A stretch of DNA of 64,000 nt from Chloroflexota bacterium (GCA_028872875.1 JAGWOC010000002.1:38574-102573); one strand, 5' to 3'; shown: positions 36,320 through 46,788, numbered from the stretch's first letter. Numbers and translations are program-made. The notes: generated from the letters alone by a model not told the origin.

Positions 36320-37660
36320 TCACTCTCCGACCCCCTCTCCCACAAGGGGCGAGGGGGACGGCGGGGCATCGTCGCTCGCGCCGATGTCCCGCCGGTAGTG
36401 CATCCCGTCGAAGCGGATCCGCGCGACGTTCCGGTACGCCTTCTCGCGCGCCTGCGGGACGGTCGGCGCCGTCGCCGTCACCGCCAGCACTCGCCCGCCG
36501 TTCGTGACGATGCGCCCCGCGGCGTCGACCTTCGTGCCGGCGTGGAACACCAGCGCGTCGCCGTCGACGTCCCCCAGCCCGTCGATTGGCTTGCCCGTCT
36601 CGTACGCCCCCGGATAGCCGCCCGATGCCAGCATCACCGTCACCGCCGCCTCGTCGGTCCAGCGCACGTCCACGCCATCGAGCGTCCCATCGGCGCACGC
36701 GACCATGATCTCTAGCAGGTCGCTCTCCAGCCGCGGCAGCAATACCTCCGTCTCCGGGTCGCCGAAGCGGCAGTTGAACTCGAGCACGCGCGGGCCGCCA
36801 GCCGTGATCATCAGCCCCGGGAACAGCACGCCCCGGTACGGCGCACCCTCGGCGGCCAGCGCGGCGACCGTCCGTTCCGTCACTTCGCGCCGGACGGTCG
36901 CCGCCACGTCGTCGCGCAGCCAGGACGCCGGGCTGTACGCGCCCATCCCCCCGGTGTTCGGGCCGATGTCCCCGTCGTACACCGCCTTGTGGTCGCAGGC
37001 GAACGGCATGTGCACGATGTGCTGCCCGTCGCTGAACGCGTGCGCGCTCACCTCTCGGCCCGCCAGCCGGTCTTCGATGACGACGGTGCGCCCCGCCGCC
37101 CCGAGCGCGCCTTCGACCAGCAGCCCCCGCAGCGCGTCGATCGCCTCCTCGTGGGAGTCCGTGACGATCGCCCCCTTGCCCGCCGCCAGCCCGTCCGCCT
37201 TCACCACCACGTCGCCGGCGCGCGACTCCACGTACGCACGCGCCGCCTCGAAGTCGTCGAAGCGCGCCGCCGCGCCCATCGGCACGCCGTGACGCCGCAT
37301 GACCTCTTTCGCGAACGCCTTCGACGATTCGATGCGCGCCGCTGCCTGCGACGGCCCGAAGGCGCGGATGCCGGCGATCTGCAGCCGGTCCGCCAGCCCG
37401 AAACTCAGCGGGTCCTCCGGCCCGATCGCCACCAGCTCCACGCGACGCTCGCGCGCGGCCGCGACGACGGCGCCACAGTAGGCGTCGATCTGTTCCTGCG
37501 GCGCGTCCGCCTTCGGTACCACGAGCGGCAGCGTCTCCGCGAGCTGCGCGATGCCGGCGTTGCCCGGCGCGGCATAGAGCGCGCCCAGCCGTGGCGACTG
37601 CCGCAGCTTCCACGCGATCGCGTGCTCTCGCGCCCCGGACCCGATGAGCAGGACATCCAT
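36320..37660 (-). CDS. purD: Phosphoribosylamine-glycine ligase
   Basis: IGSGAREHA, APGNAG, KADGLAAGKG, GPNTGGMG, EFNCRFGDPE and TNGGRVL motifs. Confidence 0.97.
   Translation of the reverse strand: MDVLLIGSGAREHAIAWKLRQSPRLGALYAAPGNAGIAQLAETLPLVVPKADAPQEQIDAYCGAVVAAARERRVELVAIGPEDPLSFGLADRLQIAGIRAFGPSQAAARIESSKAFAKEVMRRHGVPMGAAARFDDFEAARAYVESRAGDVVVKADGLAAGKGAIVTDSHEEAIDALRGLLVEGALGAAGRTVVIEDRLAGREVSAHAFSDGQHIVHMPFACDHKAVYDGDIGPNTGGMGAYSPASWLRDDVAATVRREVTERTVAALAAEGAPYRGVLFPGLMITAGGPRVLEFNCRFGDPETEVLLPRLESDLLEIMVACADGTLDGVDVRWTDEAAVTVMLASGGYPGAYETGKPIDGLGDVDGDALVFHAGTKVDAAGRIVTNGGRVLAVTATAPTVPQAREKAYRNVARIRFDGMHYRRDIGASDDAPPSPSPLVGEGVGE
36331..36357. repeat. Palindromic element inside the purD 3' end
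   Basis: CCCCCTCTCCC-ACAA-GGGGCGAGGGGG; translated in purD as PSPLVGEG. Confidence 0.55.
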
Positions 37661-37704
37661 GGGATCAGATCGCACGTGCGCGGGAGTCCGCCGTGGCTCG
37701 AACC

Positions 37705-37725
37705 TCTAACATCCAACATCCAGCA
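37705..37725. repeat. Degenerate heptamer tandem repeat
   Basis: TCTAACA TCCAACA TCCAGCA. Confidence 0.55.
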
Positions 37726-37764
37726 TCGGCTCGCCTCGCTGACGATCGCTCGTCCCGCCCGCGG

Positions 37765-37974
37765 TCACGCGTCCTTCTCCGGCGCTTCCGCGATGCCGCG
37801 CAACACGAGCGCCAGCGCCACCGCCATGAGCATGGGCGCCAGCAGGCGCAGCAGCCGCGGCCGCAGCGTCCGCCGCGTGGTGGCGGGCCGGCGCGCGTAG
37901 ACGCGGCGCGGCGCGTCGTACGCCTCGCCCGAAGCGCCCCTCCCGTTCGTGCTCGGCGCGTGCTCGATGGTCAT
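37765..37974 (-). CDS. Small single-TM protein (69 aa)
   Basis: AGAGGG SD; Arg-rich segment then a hydrophobic helix; lies between guaA and purD. Confidence 0.55.
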   Translation of the reverse strand: MTIEHAPSTNGRGASGEAYDAPRRVYARRPATTRRTLRPRLLRLLAPMLMAVALALVLRGIAEAPEKDA

Positions 37975-37986
37975 CGCTCTCTACCC

Positions 37987-38014
37987 TCTTACGTCCAACA
38001 TCCAAGATTCGCCA
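37987..38014. repeat. Degenerate heptamer tandem repeat
   Basis: TCTTACG TCCAACA TCCAAGA TTCGCCA. Confidence 0.5.
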
Positions 38015-38021
38015 GCGCCCG

Positions 38022-39683
38022 TCACTCCCACTCGATCGTGCCCGGCGGCTTCGACGTGATGTCGTACACCACGCGGTTCACGCCCGGCACTTCGTTGACG
38101 ATGCGGCTGCTGATCCGCGCCAGTACGTCGTACGGCAGACGTGCCCAGTCCGCCGTCATCGCGTCCTCCGCGTTCACCGCGCGCAGCGCCACGACGTGCC
38201 CGTACGTGCGGAAGTCACCCATCACCCCCACCGAGCGCGTATCCGTCAGCACGGCAAAGGACTGCCACAGGTCGTAGTACAGCTTCGCCTTCTTGATCTC
38301 ATCCATGACGATCCAGTCGGCCGCCTGGAGCACCGCGACGCGCTCCGCCGTCACCTCGCCGATGATCCGGATCGCCAGCCCCGGCCCCGGGAACGGCTGC
38401 CGGTACACCATCTCGTCCGGCAGGCCCAGTGCGAGGCCGACCTGGCGCACCTCGTCCTTGAACAGGAAGCGCAGCGGCTCGACCAGCTCGAACGTCAGCT
38501 CCTTCGGCAGCCCGCCGACGTTGTGGTGCGACTTGATCTTCACCGCCGCGCCGCCGCCCGGCGCGCTCTCGATCACGTCCGGGTACGTCGTGCCCTGCAC
38601 CATGAAGTCGACGGCGCCGATCTTGTCCGCCTCCGCCTCGAAGACGCGGATGAACGTCTCACCGACGATCCGCCGCTTCTGCTCCGGGTCGATGATGCCG
38701 CGAAGCTGCGTCAGGAAGCGCTCCGCCGCGTCGACGTGCACCAGTTGCATCTGCATGTGGCGCTCGAAGGTGTCCACCACGCGCTCCGGCTCCTCGCGCC
38801 GCATCAGCCCGTTGTCGACGAAGATGCAGGTGAGCTGGTCGCCCACGGCGCGGTGCACCAGCGTCGCCGCGACCGCCGAGTCGACGCCCCCGGAGAGCGC
38901 GCAGATCACGCGGCCGCCGCCCACCTGCCGGCGGATGCGGTTGATACTGTCCGCGACGAAGTTGCCCGCCGTCCAGTCGCCCCGGCAGCCGCAGAGCTTG
39001 TACAGGAAGTTCTCGATCACCTGCTTGCCCTGCGGCGTGTGCGCCACTTCCGGGTGGAACTGGATGCCGATCATCCCGCGCTCGTCGCCCATTGCCGCGA
39101 TCGGCGAGTTGTCCGAGTAGGCGAGCGAGCGGAAGCCCGGCGGCATCTCCACGATCCGGTCCCCGTGCGACATCCATACCGGCAGCGACGCCGGCAGCTC
39201 CGCGAACAGCGGCGTCTCGCCGTCGCCGCGATGCACCACCGCGTGGCCGTACTCGCGCTCGTCCGACGGCGCCACCTTGCCGCCGAGCTGGTGCGCCAGG
39301 AGCTGCATGCCGTAGCAGATGCCCAGCACCGGCAGGCCACGCTCGAACACCCACGCCGGGGCCATCGGCGCGTCGAGGTCGTACACGCTCGCCGGCCCGC
39401 CCGACAGCACCACGCCGCGCGGGCGCAGCTTCTCCACCTGCTCCCAGGTCGCCGTGTGCGGCACCAGCTCGCAGTACACGCGGCACTCCCGGATGCGGCG
39501 CGCGATCAGCATCGAGTACTGCGAACCGAAGTCGATGACGACGACGGCCTCGGGCGGCGCCGGCACGGGCGGCGGCGTCGCCGCCGCCGCTTCGCCGCTC
39601 TTCTCCCGCGCGATCTCGAGGTATGCGGAGACTTCGAGGTCGTCCGAGGTGCGGACCCGGTGTGAGGTGTGCGGCTCAGGCAT
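38022..39683 (-). CDS. guaA: GMP synthase (glutamine-hydrolysing)
   Basis: [36 protein letters not shown] and [14 protein letters not shown] motifs. Confidence 0.97.
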   Translation of the reverse strand: MPEPHTSHRVRTSDDLEVSAYLEIAREKSGEAAAATPPPVPAPPEAVVVIDFGSQYSMLIARRIRECRVYCELVPHTATWEQVEKLRPRGVVLSGGPASVYDLDAPMAPAWVFERGLPVLGICYGMQLLAHQLGGKVAPSDEREYGHAVVHRGDGETPLFAELPASLPVWMSHGDRIVEMPPGFRSLAYSDNSPIAAMGDERGMIGIQFHPEVAHTPQGKQVIENFLYKLCGCRGDWTAGNFVADSINRIRRQVGGGRVICALSGGVDSAVAATLVHRAVGDQLTCIFVDNGLMRREEPERVVDTFERHMQMQLVHVDAAERFLTQLRGIIDPEQKRRIVGETFIRVFEAEADKIGAVDFMVQGTTYPDVIESAPGGGAAVKIKSHHNVGGLPKELTFELVEPLRFLFKDEVRQVGLALGLPDEMVYRQPFPGPGLAIRIIGEVTAERVAVLQAADWIVMDEIKKAKLYYDLWQSFAVLTDTRSVGVMGDFRTYGHVVALRAVNAEDAMTADWARLPYDVLARISSRIVNEVPGVNRVVYDITSKPPGTIEWE

Positions 39684-39717
39684 CGCGTATCCTGTGTGGA
39701 ACGGGAGCGGTGGCCTG

Positions 39718-39747
39718 AGTGTAGCCAGCAGCAGCCTCCGGGGTCAA
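39718..39747 (-). promoter_or_regulatory. Sigma70-type promoter of the guaA-pur operon
   Basis: TTGACC-N18-TACACT. Confidence 0.7.
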
Positions 39748-39773
39748 TATCTTCTGCTCATCGACATAAGCAT

Positions 39774-40388
39774 TTGGACCAGAACGACGCCTATCGTCGC
39801 GCGCTCGACGTCCTCCGCGAGGGAGGCGTCGTCGCGCTGCCCACCGATACGGTGTACGGCCTCGTCGCCGTCGCGACCGACGACGCGGCGGTGCAGCATG
39901 TACTCGACATAAAGCGACGCCCTGCCGGCGAGTCGCTGCCGCTGTTCGTCGCCTCGCTCGAGCAGGCCGAGCTGATCGCCGCGCTGACGCCGCCGGCGCG
40001 CGTGCTCGCCGCGCGGTTCTGGCCCGGCGCGCTCACCATCGTGCTGCGGCGCAGGCCGGAGTTTCGCACGCTGGCGGCGGCAGGGGACACCGTGGGCGTG
40101 CGCGTGCCCGCCGACCCCGTGCTGCGCGAGCTGGCGGCGCAGCTCGGGCCGCTCACGGGCACCAGCGCGAACCGCTCCGGCCACCCCGAGGCGCGTACGG
40201 CCGCCGAAGTCCGCGCGCAGCTCGGCGACGACGCCGACCTCGTCGTCGATGCGCCGCTGCCCGCGAGCGGCGTGCCCTCGACCGTCGTCGACTGCACCGA
40301 TGAGCGTACGGTGCGCGTCCTCCGCGAGGGCGCCGTGCGCCGCGCCGACATCGCTCTCGTGCTGGCAGGCGTCGCCGAGGTCGCCTGA
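39774..40388 (+). CDS. tsaC: L-threonylcarbamoyladenylate synthase (TsaC/YrdC type)
   Basis: PTDTVYGL, KRRP, FWPGALT, TSANRSG and PSTVVD motifs; TTG start inferred. Confidence 0.92.
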   Translation: MDQNDAYRRALDVLREGGVVALPTDTVYGLVAVATDDAAVQHVLDIKRRPAGESLPLFVASLEQAELIAALTPPARVLAARFWPGALTIVLRRRPEFRTLAAAGDTVGVRVPADPVLRELAAQLGPLTGTSANRSGHPEARTAAEVRAQLGDDADLVVDAPLPASGVPSTVVDCTDERTVRVLREGAVRRADIALVLAGVAEVA

Positions 40389-40645
40389 CGCCGGGCGCCA
40401 CCCCGATCCGAGTTCTCGTGCCGCTCTGTTATCATGGCGCCGCGAGCGCGCTGCGCCCTGGGGTTCGACGCCGTTGAGGCATGCAAGACGAAATCGCCCG
40501 CAGATGCGCTCGACATAACTAGAGATCGGCCATCTGGTCACCACACGATCTGCCGCGAACAAGCGGGGCGCCTGACCCCGAGGAGCCGTCCGATGCCCGC
40601 CCTCCGCGCCGTCCCGCCGCTTCGCATCTCCCGGATGCTCGTCCG

Positions 40646-41707
40646 GTGAGCGAGACCAGCGCCCTCCCCGCGGCCGGCGCCGCCCGCGTCGCAGCGCTGC
40701 TCACGCGCTATCGGGAGCGCGTCCTCGCTGCCCTGCGCGAAACGGTGGATGGCGCGGGCGTCGGCTACGCCGGCTACATGCGCTACCACTTCGGCTGGCA
40801 GGACGCCGCCGGCAACCCGATCGCCGAGGCCGCCGGCAAGATGCTGCGCCCCGCGCTCTGCCTGCTCTGCTGCGAGGCCGTCGGCGGCGATGCCGCGCGC
40901 GCGCTGCCCGCGGCCGTCGCGCTCGAGCTGGTCCACAACTTCACCCTCATCCACGACGACATCGAGGACAGCAGCGACACGCGGCACGGCCGCACGACGC
41001 TCTGGCGCGTCGCCGGCATCCCCCAGGCGATCAACACCGGCGACGGCATGTTCGTGCTCGCCCACCGCACGCTGCTGCGGCTCGCCGACGCCGGCGTCGC
41101 CGCGGACCGCGTGCTGGACGCCGTGCGCGCACTGGACGACGCCTGCGTCGGCCTCTGCGACGGCCAGCACGCCGACATTGGCTTCGAAGGGACGGCGCAC
41201 GTCACGTTGGAACAGTACGAGGCGATGGTCGCCGGAAAGACGGCCGCGCTCCTCGGCGCCTCCGCCGCGGTCGGCGCCATCGCGGGGGGCGCGGAGGCGC
41301 GTGCCGTCGATGCGTTCGGCGCCTGCGGCCGGCGGCTCGGCATGGCGTTCCAGGTGCAGGACGACGTGCTCGGCATCTGGGGCGACGCCGGCACGACCGG
41401 CAAGCCCGTGGCCGACGACATCCGCTCCCGAAAGAAGTCGTTCCCGGTGGTCTACGCGCTCGGGTCGCTGCCCACCGCGGAGCGCGAGCGGCTGCGCACG
41501 GTATACGAGCAACCGTCGCTGGGCGAAGACGACGTCGCGCTCGTGCTGCGCCTGCTCGAGGCGGCGGGCGCGCGCGACGCGTCCGCGCAGGCGGCGAAGC
41601 GTTGGGCCGCCGCTGCCCTCGACGCCGTGCGCGAGGTCGAGATGCATCCCGACCGCCGCGCCGACATCGAGGCGCTCGCCGCGTTCTTCGTGGACCGCAG
41701 CGCATGA
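40646..41707 (+). CDS. Polyprenyl (geranylgeranyl) diphosphate synthase
   Basis: GKMLRP, ELVHNFTLIHDDIED..RHG, GKTA, FQVQDD and DIRSRKKS motifs. Confidence 0.92.
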   Translation: MSETSALPAAGAARVAALLTRYRERVLAALRETVDGAGVGYAGYMRYHFGWQDAAGNPIAEAAGKMLRPALCLLCCEAVGGDAARALPAAVALELVHNFTLIHDDIEDSSDTRHGRTTLWRVAGIPQAINTGDGMFVLAHRTLLRLADAGVAADRVLDAVRALDDACVGLCDGQHADIGFEGTAHVTLEQYEAMVAGKTAALLGASAAVGAIAGGAEARAVDAFGACGRRLGMAFQVQDDVLGIWGDAGTTGKPVADDIRSRKKSFPVVYALGSLPTAERERLRTVYEQPSLGEDDVALVLRLLEAAGARDASAQAAKRWAAAALDAVREVEMHPDRRADIEALAAFFVDRSA

Positions 41708-41786
41708 CCGCCGCAACGCACGCCGCGGTCGCGCTCGATCGACTTTGCACCCGTGCGCAACGGGTGCCTGTGGATCGCAACCGCCC

Positions 41787-42986
41787 ATGAACAAGAAGAC
41801 CATCCGAGACATCGACGTCCACGGCAAGCGCGCGCTCGTGCGCGTCGACTTCAATGTGCCGATGGACAAGGCGACGCACCGCATCCTCGACGACACACGC
41901 ATCCGCGCCGCGCTGCCGACCATCGCCTACCTGCGCGAGCACGGCGCCAGCGTGGTACTGATGTCGCACCTCGGCCGCCCGGATGGCAAGGTCGTCGATG
42001 ACCTGCGGCTCGCGCCGATCGCCGCGCGCCTCGCCGAGCTGCTTGCTGTCCCCGTCCCGTGCGCGACTGACGTCGCCGGCCCGTCCGCGCACGCCGTCGT
42101 CGCGGCGATGAAGCCCGGCGGCGTCGCGATGCTCGAGAATGTGCGCTTCGAGCGCGGCGAGGAGCGCGACGACCCGGAGCTGGCGAAACAGTTGGCCGCG
42201 TTCGGCGACGTGTACGTCAACGACGCCTTCGGCACGGCACACCGCGCCCACGCATCGACCGCCGGCGTTGCGGCGTACCTGCCGGCCGTTGCCGGCCTGC
42301 TCATGGAGAAGGAGATCGACTACCTGGGCCGCGTCGTCAGCGACCCCGTGCGCCCCGTAGTCGCCATCATCGGCGGCGCCAAGATCAGCACCAAGATCGG
42401 CGTCCTGCGCCATCTGCTGTCGAAGGTTGACGTGCTGCTCGTCGGTGGCGGCATGGCGAGCACCTTGCTGAAGGCGCAGGGCGTCGATGTCGGCGCCTCG
42501 CTCGTTGAGGATGGACAGCTCGACGACGCGCGCGCGGTCGTCGCCGAGGCGGCCAGCCGCGGCGTCGGCCTGGCGCTCCCCCAGGATGCGGTCGTTGCGG
42601 AGCGCTTCGCCGCCGACGCCCAGCCCCGTACGGTCGGCATCGATGCGGTGCCCCCCGGCTGGATGATCCTTGATGTCGGACCAGAGACGGTGCGGGCGTA
42701 CGAGGCGAAGCTCGCTCCGGCGAAGACCGTCGTCTGGAACGGCCCGCTCGGGGTCGCCGAATGGCCGGCGTTCGCGCAGGGATCCGTCGCGGTCGCGCGC
42801 TTCCTGGCGGCGTCGCCCGCGACCGTGATCATCGGCGGCGGCGAGACGGTCGCGCTCGTCACCGAACTCGGCCTGGCCCCGAAGTACGCGCACGTCTCGA
42901 CGGGCGGCGGCGCCTCGCTGGAGTTCCTCGAGGGGCGCACGCTCCCCGGCGTCGCCGCGCTCCTCGACCGGGAGCCGGGGCGCTGA
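41787..42986 (+). CDS. pgk: Phosphoglycerate kinase
   Basis: RVDFNVP, SHLGRP, NDAFGTAHRAHAS and STGGGASLEFLEG motifs. Confidence 0.97.
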   Translation: MNKKTIRDIDVHGKRALVRVDFNVPMDKATHRILDDTRIRAALPTIAYLREHGASVVLMSHLGRPDGKVVDDLRLAPIAARLAELLAVPVPCATDVAGPSAHAVVAAMKPGGVAMLENVRFERGEERDDPELAKQLAAFGDVYVNDAFGTAHRAHASTAGVAAYLPAVAGLLMEKEIDYLGRVVSDPVRPVVAIIGGAKISTKIGVLRHLLSKVDVLLVGGGMASTLLKAQGVDVGASLVEDGQLDDARAVVAEAASRGVGLALPQDAVVAERFAADAQPRTVGIDAVPPGWMILDVGPETVRAYEAKLAPAKTVVWNGPLGVAEWPAFAQGSVAVARFLAASPATVIIGGGETVALVTELGLAPKYAHVSTGGGASLEFLEGRTLPGVAALLDREPGR

Positions 42987-43130
42987 CGGCCGCCGGGCTC
43001 TGCATCGGCAGGATGGCGCGCGTTTGATCCGCCGATCCTGCTTTGTTACCCTCATCGGGTGGCCCGCCAAGGCGGGTCTTTATCATGGAGACGAGCGGCG
43101 GCGCGACCCCGCCGCCGGGGAGACCTGACG

Positions 43131-43829
43131 ATGGCGGACAAGGGACTGGACGTGGCGCCGCGCACGGTGCTTGGCAAGAAGGTGAAGGCGCTGCGCCGCG
43201 GTGGCGTCACGCCCGCCAACATCTACGGTCACAAGATCGACTCGACCGCCGTGCAGGCGGAGACCGCCGTGCTCACCCACCTGCTGCGCGGCATGACGCG
43301 CAACGCCATCATCGACCTGCGCGTCGCGGGAGAGCCGCAGGCGCGCCCCGTCGTCGTCCGCGAGGTCGACCGCGACCCCGTGAGCACCGAGATCCTGCAC
43401 GTCGACTTCTACCAGATCTCGATGACGGAGAAGATGCGCGCCGAAGTGCCGGTCGTGCTCGTTGGCACGTCGCCCGCCGTCTCGACCTACGGCGGCGTAC
43501 TCCTCCAGACGCTCGAGCTCGTCCCCGTCGAGGCGCTGCCCGGCGACATCCCCGCGCAGTTCGAGGTCGATGTCACGCTGCTGACCGAACTGGAGCAGTC
43601 CGTCCACGTCCGCGACCTCGATGTCGACACGGGCAAGGTGACCGTCCACATCGACCCGGACGTCGTGCTGGCGCGCGTCGCCTCGCCGCGGCTCGCGACC
43701 GCCGAGGAGACGGCCGCCGAAGCAGCGGAGGCCGCCGCACCCGCTGCTGGCGAGACGCCCGCGGCAGCGCCCGCGACCGGTACGGCGGCGGAGGCGCGCC
43801 CGCCTCAGGGTGTCAGCCGTCCTGGTTGA
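43131..43829 (+). CDS. rplY: 50S ribosomal protein L25 / Ctc
   Basis: LRRGGVTPANIYG, HVDFYQI, EVPVVLVG and ALPGDIP motifs. Confidence 0.93.
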   Translation: MADKGLDVAPRTVLGKKVKALRRGGVTPANIYGHKIDSTAVQAETAVLTHLLRGMTRNAIIDLRVAGEPQARPVVVREVDRDPVSTEILHVDFYQISMTEKMRAEVPVVLVGTSPAVSTYGGVLLQTLELVPVEALPGDIPAQFEVDVTLLTELEQSVHVRDLDVDTGKVTVHIDPDVVLARVASPRLATAEETAAEAAEAAAPAAGETPAAAPATGTAAEARPPQGVSRPG

Positions 43830-44616
43830 ACCGCGGCTCGCGCTTCTCCATGAACGCCCGCACGGCTTCGCGGTGATCCGGCTCGGTCTGCCGCTCCCGG
43901 ATCGAGTAGCTCTCGAGTGCCACGACGCGCCGCAGGTCCTGCTCCATGGCGTTCATGTGGAGCATCCGCTTCGCCGCCCAGACCGCCTCGTGCGGGTTCG
44001 CGGCGATCTCCTCCGCCAGCTTCAGCGCCGCCGGCAGCAGCTCGCCGGGCGCCACCAGCGCTTCCACGAGCCCGCGCCGCAGCGCCTCCTGCGCGTCGAT
44101 GATGCGCCCGGTCAGGGTCATGAATAGCGCGTTCGGCAGCCCGGCGACGAGCGGCAGGTAGCGGGTACTGCCGCATTCGGGCGTCAGTCCCACCTTCACG
44201 AAGCGCGCCGAGAAGCGCGCCTCCGTCGAGGCGATGCGGATGTCGCACGCGAGCGTCATGGTCAACCCGATGCCAACGGCGACGCCATTGATCGCCGCGA
44301 CGACGGGCTTGCCCTGCGAGAGTGCGATCGGCACCTCCGGGCTGCCGGCCTCGGACAGCATGTTCGAGCGGCGTCGGGGCGCAGCGCCCTGGAGTTCCCG
44401 ATCCCAGCCGGAGATGTCGGCGCCGGCGCAGAAGCCGCGCCCCGCGCCCGTGACGACGACGCAGCCGATGGCGGCGTCTGTCGCCGCCCGGCGGACCGCG
44501 GCGATGAACTCGTCCTCCATCGTCGGCGTCCAGGCGTTCAGCTTCTCCGGGCGGTTCAGGGTGATCAGCGCGACCGCGCCGCGCGCCTCGTAGAGGATGT
44601 GCTCGTAGTCCGCCAT
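43813..44616 (-). CDS. Enoyl-CoA hydratase/isomerase family protein
   Basis: TLNRPEKLNA, FCAGADI, NGVAVGIG and GLTPECG motifs. Confidence 0.92.
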   Translation of the reverse strand: MADYEHILYEARGAVALITLNRPEKLNAWTPTMEDEFIAAVRRAATDAAIGCVVVTGAGRGFCAGADISGWDRELQGAAPRRRSNMLSEAGSPEVPIALSQGKPVVAAINGVAVGIGLTMTLACDIRIASTEARFSARFVKVGLTPECGSTRYLPLVAGLPNALFMTLTGRIIDAQEALRRGLVEALVAPGELLPAALKLAEEIAANPHEAVWAAKRMLHMNAMEQDLRRVVALESYSIRERQTEPDHREAVRAFMEKREPRFNQDG

Positions 44617-44920
44617 GCCCGCTCCTTCCGCGTCCGGCCCCGCGCCGGTCCGCGCAGGCGCATGATGCGGTGCGGGTGGCCGTGAGACAAGGCGCGGCGG
44701 CACGGCGAGGGCACGGGCGCCGCGGGAGCCTGGCGAATGACGAAGGCCTCGCAACCGCGAGGCCAACGTCGCAGGCAGAGGAAGGAGGTAGCCGGCCGAA
44801 CACCCCTGCAACAGCGCCGGCCGTCACTCAAGACATCGGCCCCCTGCGCCCGATCTGTAGCCGCCGCGCCGGGACGCCGGCCCCGCGCGATATCTCGACG
44901 CCGCGCATTACAATGCTGGC

Positions 44921-46771
44921 GTGGGCAACCCCGAGGCCGCGCGCTACCCGGACATTGGCGAATACGCGCTGATCGGCGATTCCCGCGCGTGCGCCCTCGT
45001 CTCCCGCGACGGCTCCGTCGACTGGCTGTGCCTGCCGAGCTTCGACAGCCCATCCGTGTTCGGCCGCATCCTCGACTGGGATCACGGGGGCTATTTCCAG
45101 ATCGCGCCCGAGTCCGGGTACACGGCGCGCCGCCGCTACATCGATGCGACGAACGTGATCGAGACCACGTTCCACACCGCACAGGGAGAGGTTTCGGTCA
45201 TCGATTTCATGCCCGCCCAGACGGAGGCGGCGAAGCGCGGAGCGCTGGCTCCGCTGCGCATGCTGGTCCGCATCGTCGAGGGCCGCAGTGGCGCCGTGCC
45301 GATGCGCCTGGCGTACATGCCGCGGCCTGAATATGGGCGGGGTGCCGTGCGGTGCCAGGTGCGGGCGCCGGCGGAGGTCACGGCGATGCGCGGCCGTCAC
45401 ACGCTGCACCTGCGCGGCGCCATGCCCCTCGACTGCGGGCCGGACCACGCCCTCGCCCGGTTCGAGGTGGCGGCCGGGCAGCGGCTGCGCTTCTCGCTCG
45501 CCTACTCGTACGAAGAGCCGGCGGTGATCGTCTCCGATGGCTACGTCGACCTGCTCTATGGCCAGACCATCGCGTTCTGGCGCGACTGGTCGGCGCAGTG
45601 CCGCTACGACGGCCCGTACCGCGGCGAGGTGCTGCGCAGCGCGCTCGCGCTGAAGCTGCTTGCCAACGCGCCATCGGGCGCGATCGTGGCGGCGCCGACG
45701 ACGTCGCTCCCGGAGTGTATCGGCGGGCCGCGCAACTGGGACTATCGGTTCTGCTGGATCCGCGACGCGGCCTTTACCATCAAGGCGTTCCTCAGCATCG
45801 GCCTGGAGGCGGAGGCGAACGCCTTCCTGAGCTGGCTGATGGACGCGACGAACCAGACGGCGCCGCGGCTCAACCCCCTCTACACGCTGCTCGGCGATCG
45901 CCACGTCCGCGAGCGCGAGCTCGGACACATGGAGGGGTACCGCGGCTCGAAGCCCGTCCGCATCGGCAACGATGCCGTCCACCAGGCACAGCTCGACGTC
46001 TACGGCGAGCTGATCGATGCCTTCCACACCTTCATCGAACATCACGGAGGGCGGGTCGCAGGCGACGATGCGAAGTTCATCCGGCGCGTCGCGGACTACG
46101 TCTCTGGTCACTGGGCAGAGCCCGACAACGGCATCTGGGAGGCGCGGGCACAGCCGCGGCAGTACGTCGAGTCGAAGGTCATGGCGTGGGACGCGCTCAC
46201 GCACGCCGCCGCGCTCGTCGATGAGGGGCGTATCAGCGGCGACGCCGCCCGCTGGCGCGCCGAGGCGGCGAAGATCCACGAGACCGTGCTGCGGCGGGGC
46301 TTCAACGCGCAGATCGGCGCCTTCACGCAAACGCTCGACGGGGCGATCCTCGACGCGTCGGTGCTGGCGATGTCCGTGGTGCGCTTCATCGAGCCCGATG
46401 ACCCGCGCATGCTCTCGACGATCGACGCGCTGCGCCGCACGCTCGCGCCGGACGGCTTCCTGCGGCGCTACGCCGGCTTTGATGACGGGATCGCCGGCGA
46501 CGAGGGTGCGTTCCTCTTCTGCAACTTCTGGCTGTCGGCGGCGCTCGCGCGTGCCGGCAGGGCAGCGGAGGCCCGCGCCGTGTTCGAACAGACGATGACA
46601 GCGGCGAACGACGTAGGCCTGCTGTCGGAGGAGTACGCCCCCGCGACAAAGACGCGACTTGGCAACTTCCCGCAGGGACTCAGCCACCTGTCGCTGATCA
46701 CCGCGGCGCTCGCCATCGACGACGCGGAGCGCGGAGGCGGGAGGGATCATCGCCACGCCCCGCCGAAGTAG
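44921..46771 (+). CDS. Glycoside hydrolase family 15 (trehalase/glucoamylase-like)
   Basis: SLPECIGGPRNWDYRFCWIRD, QLDVYGE, GIWE, LLSEE and GNFPQGLSH; TACAAT 6 nt before GTG. Confidence 0.93.
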   Translation: MGNPEAARYPDIGEYALIGDSRACALVSRDGSVDWLCLPSFDSPSVFGRILDWDHGGYFQIAPESGYTARRRYIDATNVIETTFHTAQGEVSVIDFMPAQTEAAKRGALAPLRMLVRIVEGRSGAVPMRLAYMPRPEYGRGAVRCQVRAPAEVTAMRGRHTLHLRGAMPLDCGPDHALARFEVAAGQRLRFSLAYSYEEPAVIVSDGYVDLLYGQTIAFWRDWSAQCRYDGPYRGEVLRSALALKLLANAPSGAIVAAPTTSLPECIGGPRNWDYRFCWIRDAAFTIKAFLSIGLEAEANAFLSWLMDATNQTAPRLNPLYTLLGDRHVRERELGHMEGYRGSKPVRIGNDAVHQAQLDVYGELIDAFHTFIEHHGGRVAGDDAKFIRRVADYVSGHWAEPDNGIWEARAQPRQYVESKVMAWDALTHAAALVDEGRISGDAARWRAEAAKIHETVLRRGFNAQIGAFTQTLDGAILDASVLAMSVVRFIEPDDPRMLSTIDALRRTLAPDGFLRRYAGFDDGIAGDEGAFLFCNFWLSAALARAGRAAEARAVFEQTMTAANDVGLLSEEYAPATKTRLGNFPQGLSHLSLITAALAIDDAERGGGRDHRHAPPK

Positions 46772-46788
46772 GGCCGGGCGGCCGCGCG

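Noticed and set aside
39684-39773. Purine riboswitch upstream of guaA
   Set aside because: The promoter leaves only about 30 nt of leader and there is no aptamer pattern.
40389-40645. Small ORFs or ncRNA between tsaC and the polyprenyl synthase
   Set aside because: No convincing SD, coding signal or recognisable RNA motif.
40646-41707. Polyprenyl synthase as a ComQ-like modifier of the Trp-containing micropeptide
   Set aside because: It is 22 kb away, has ordinary chain-elongating motifs and sits in a housekeeping context before pgk.
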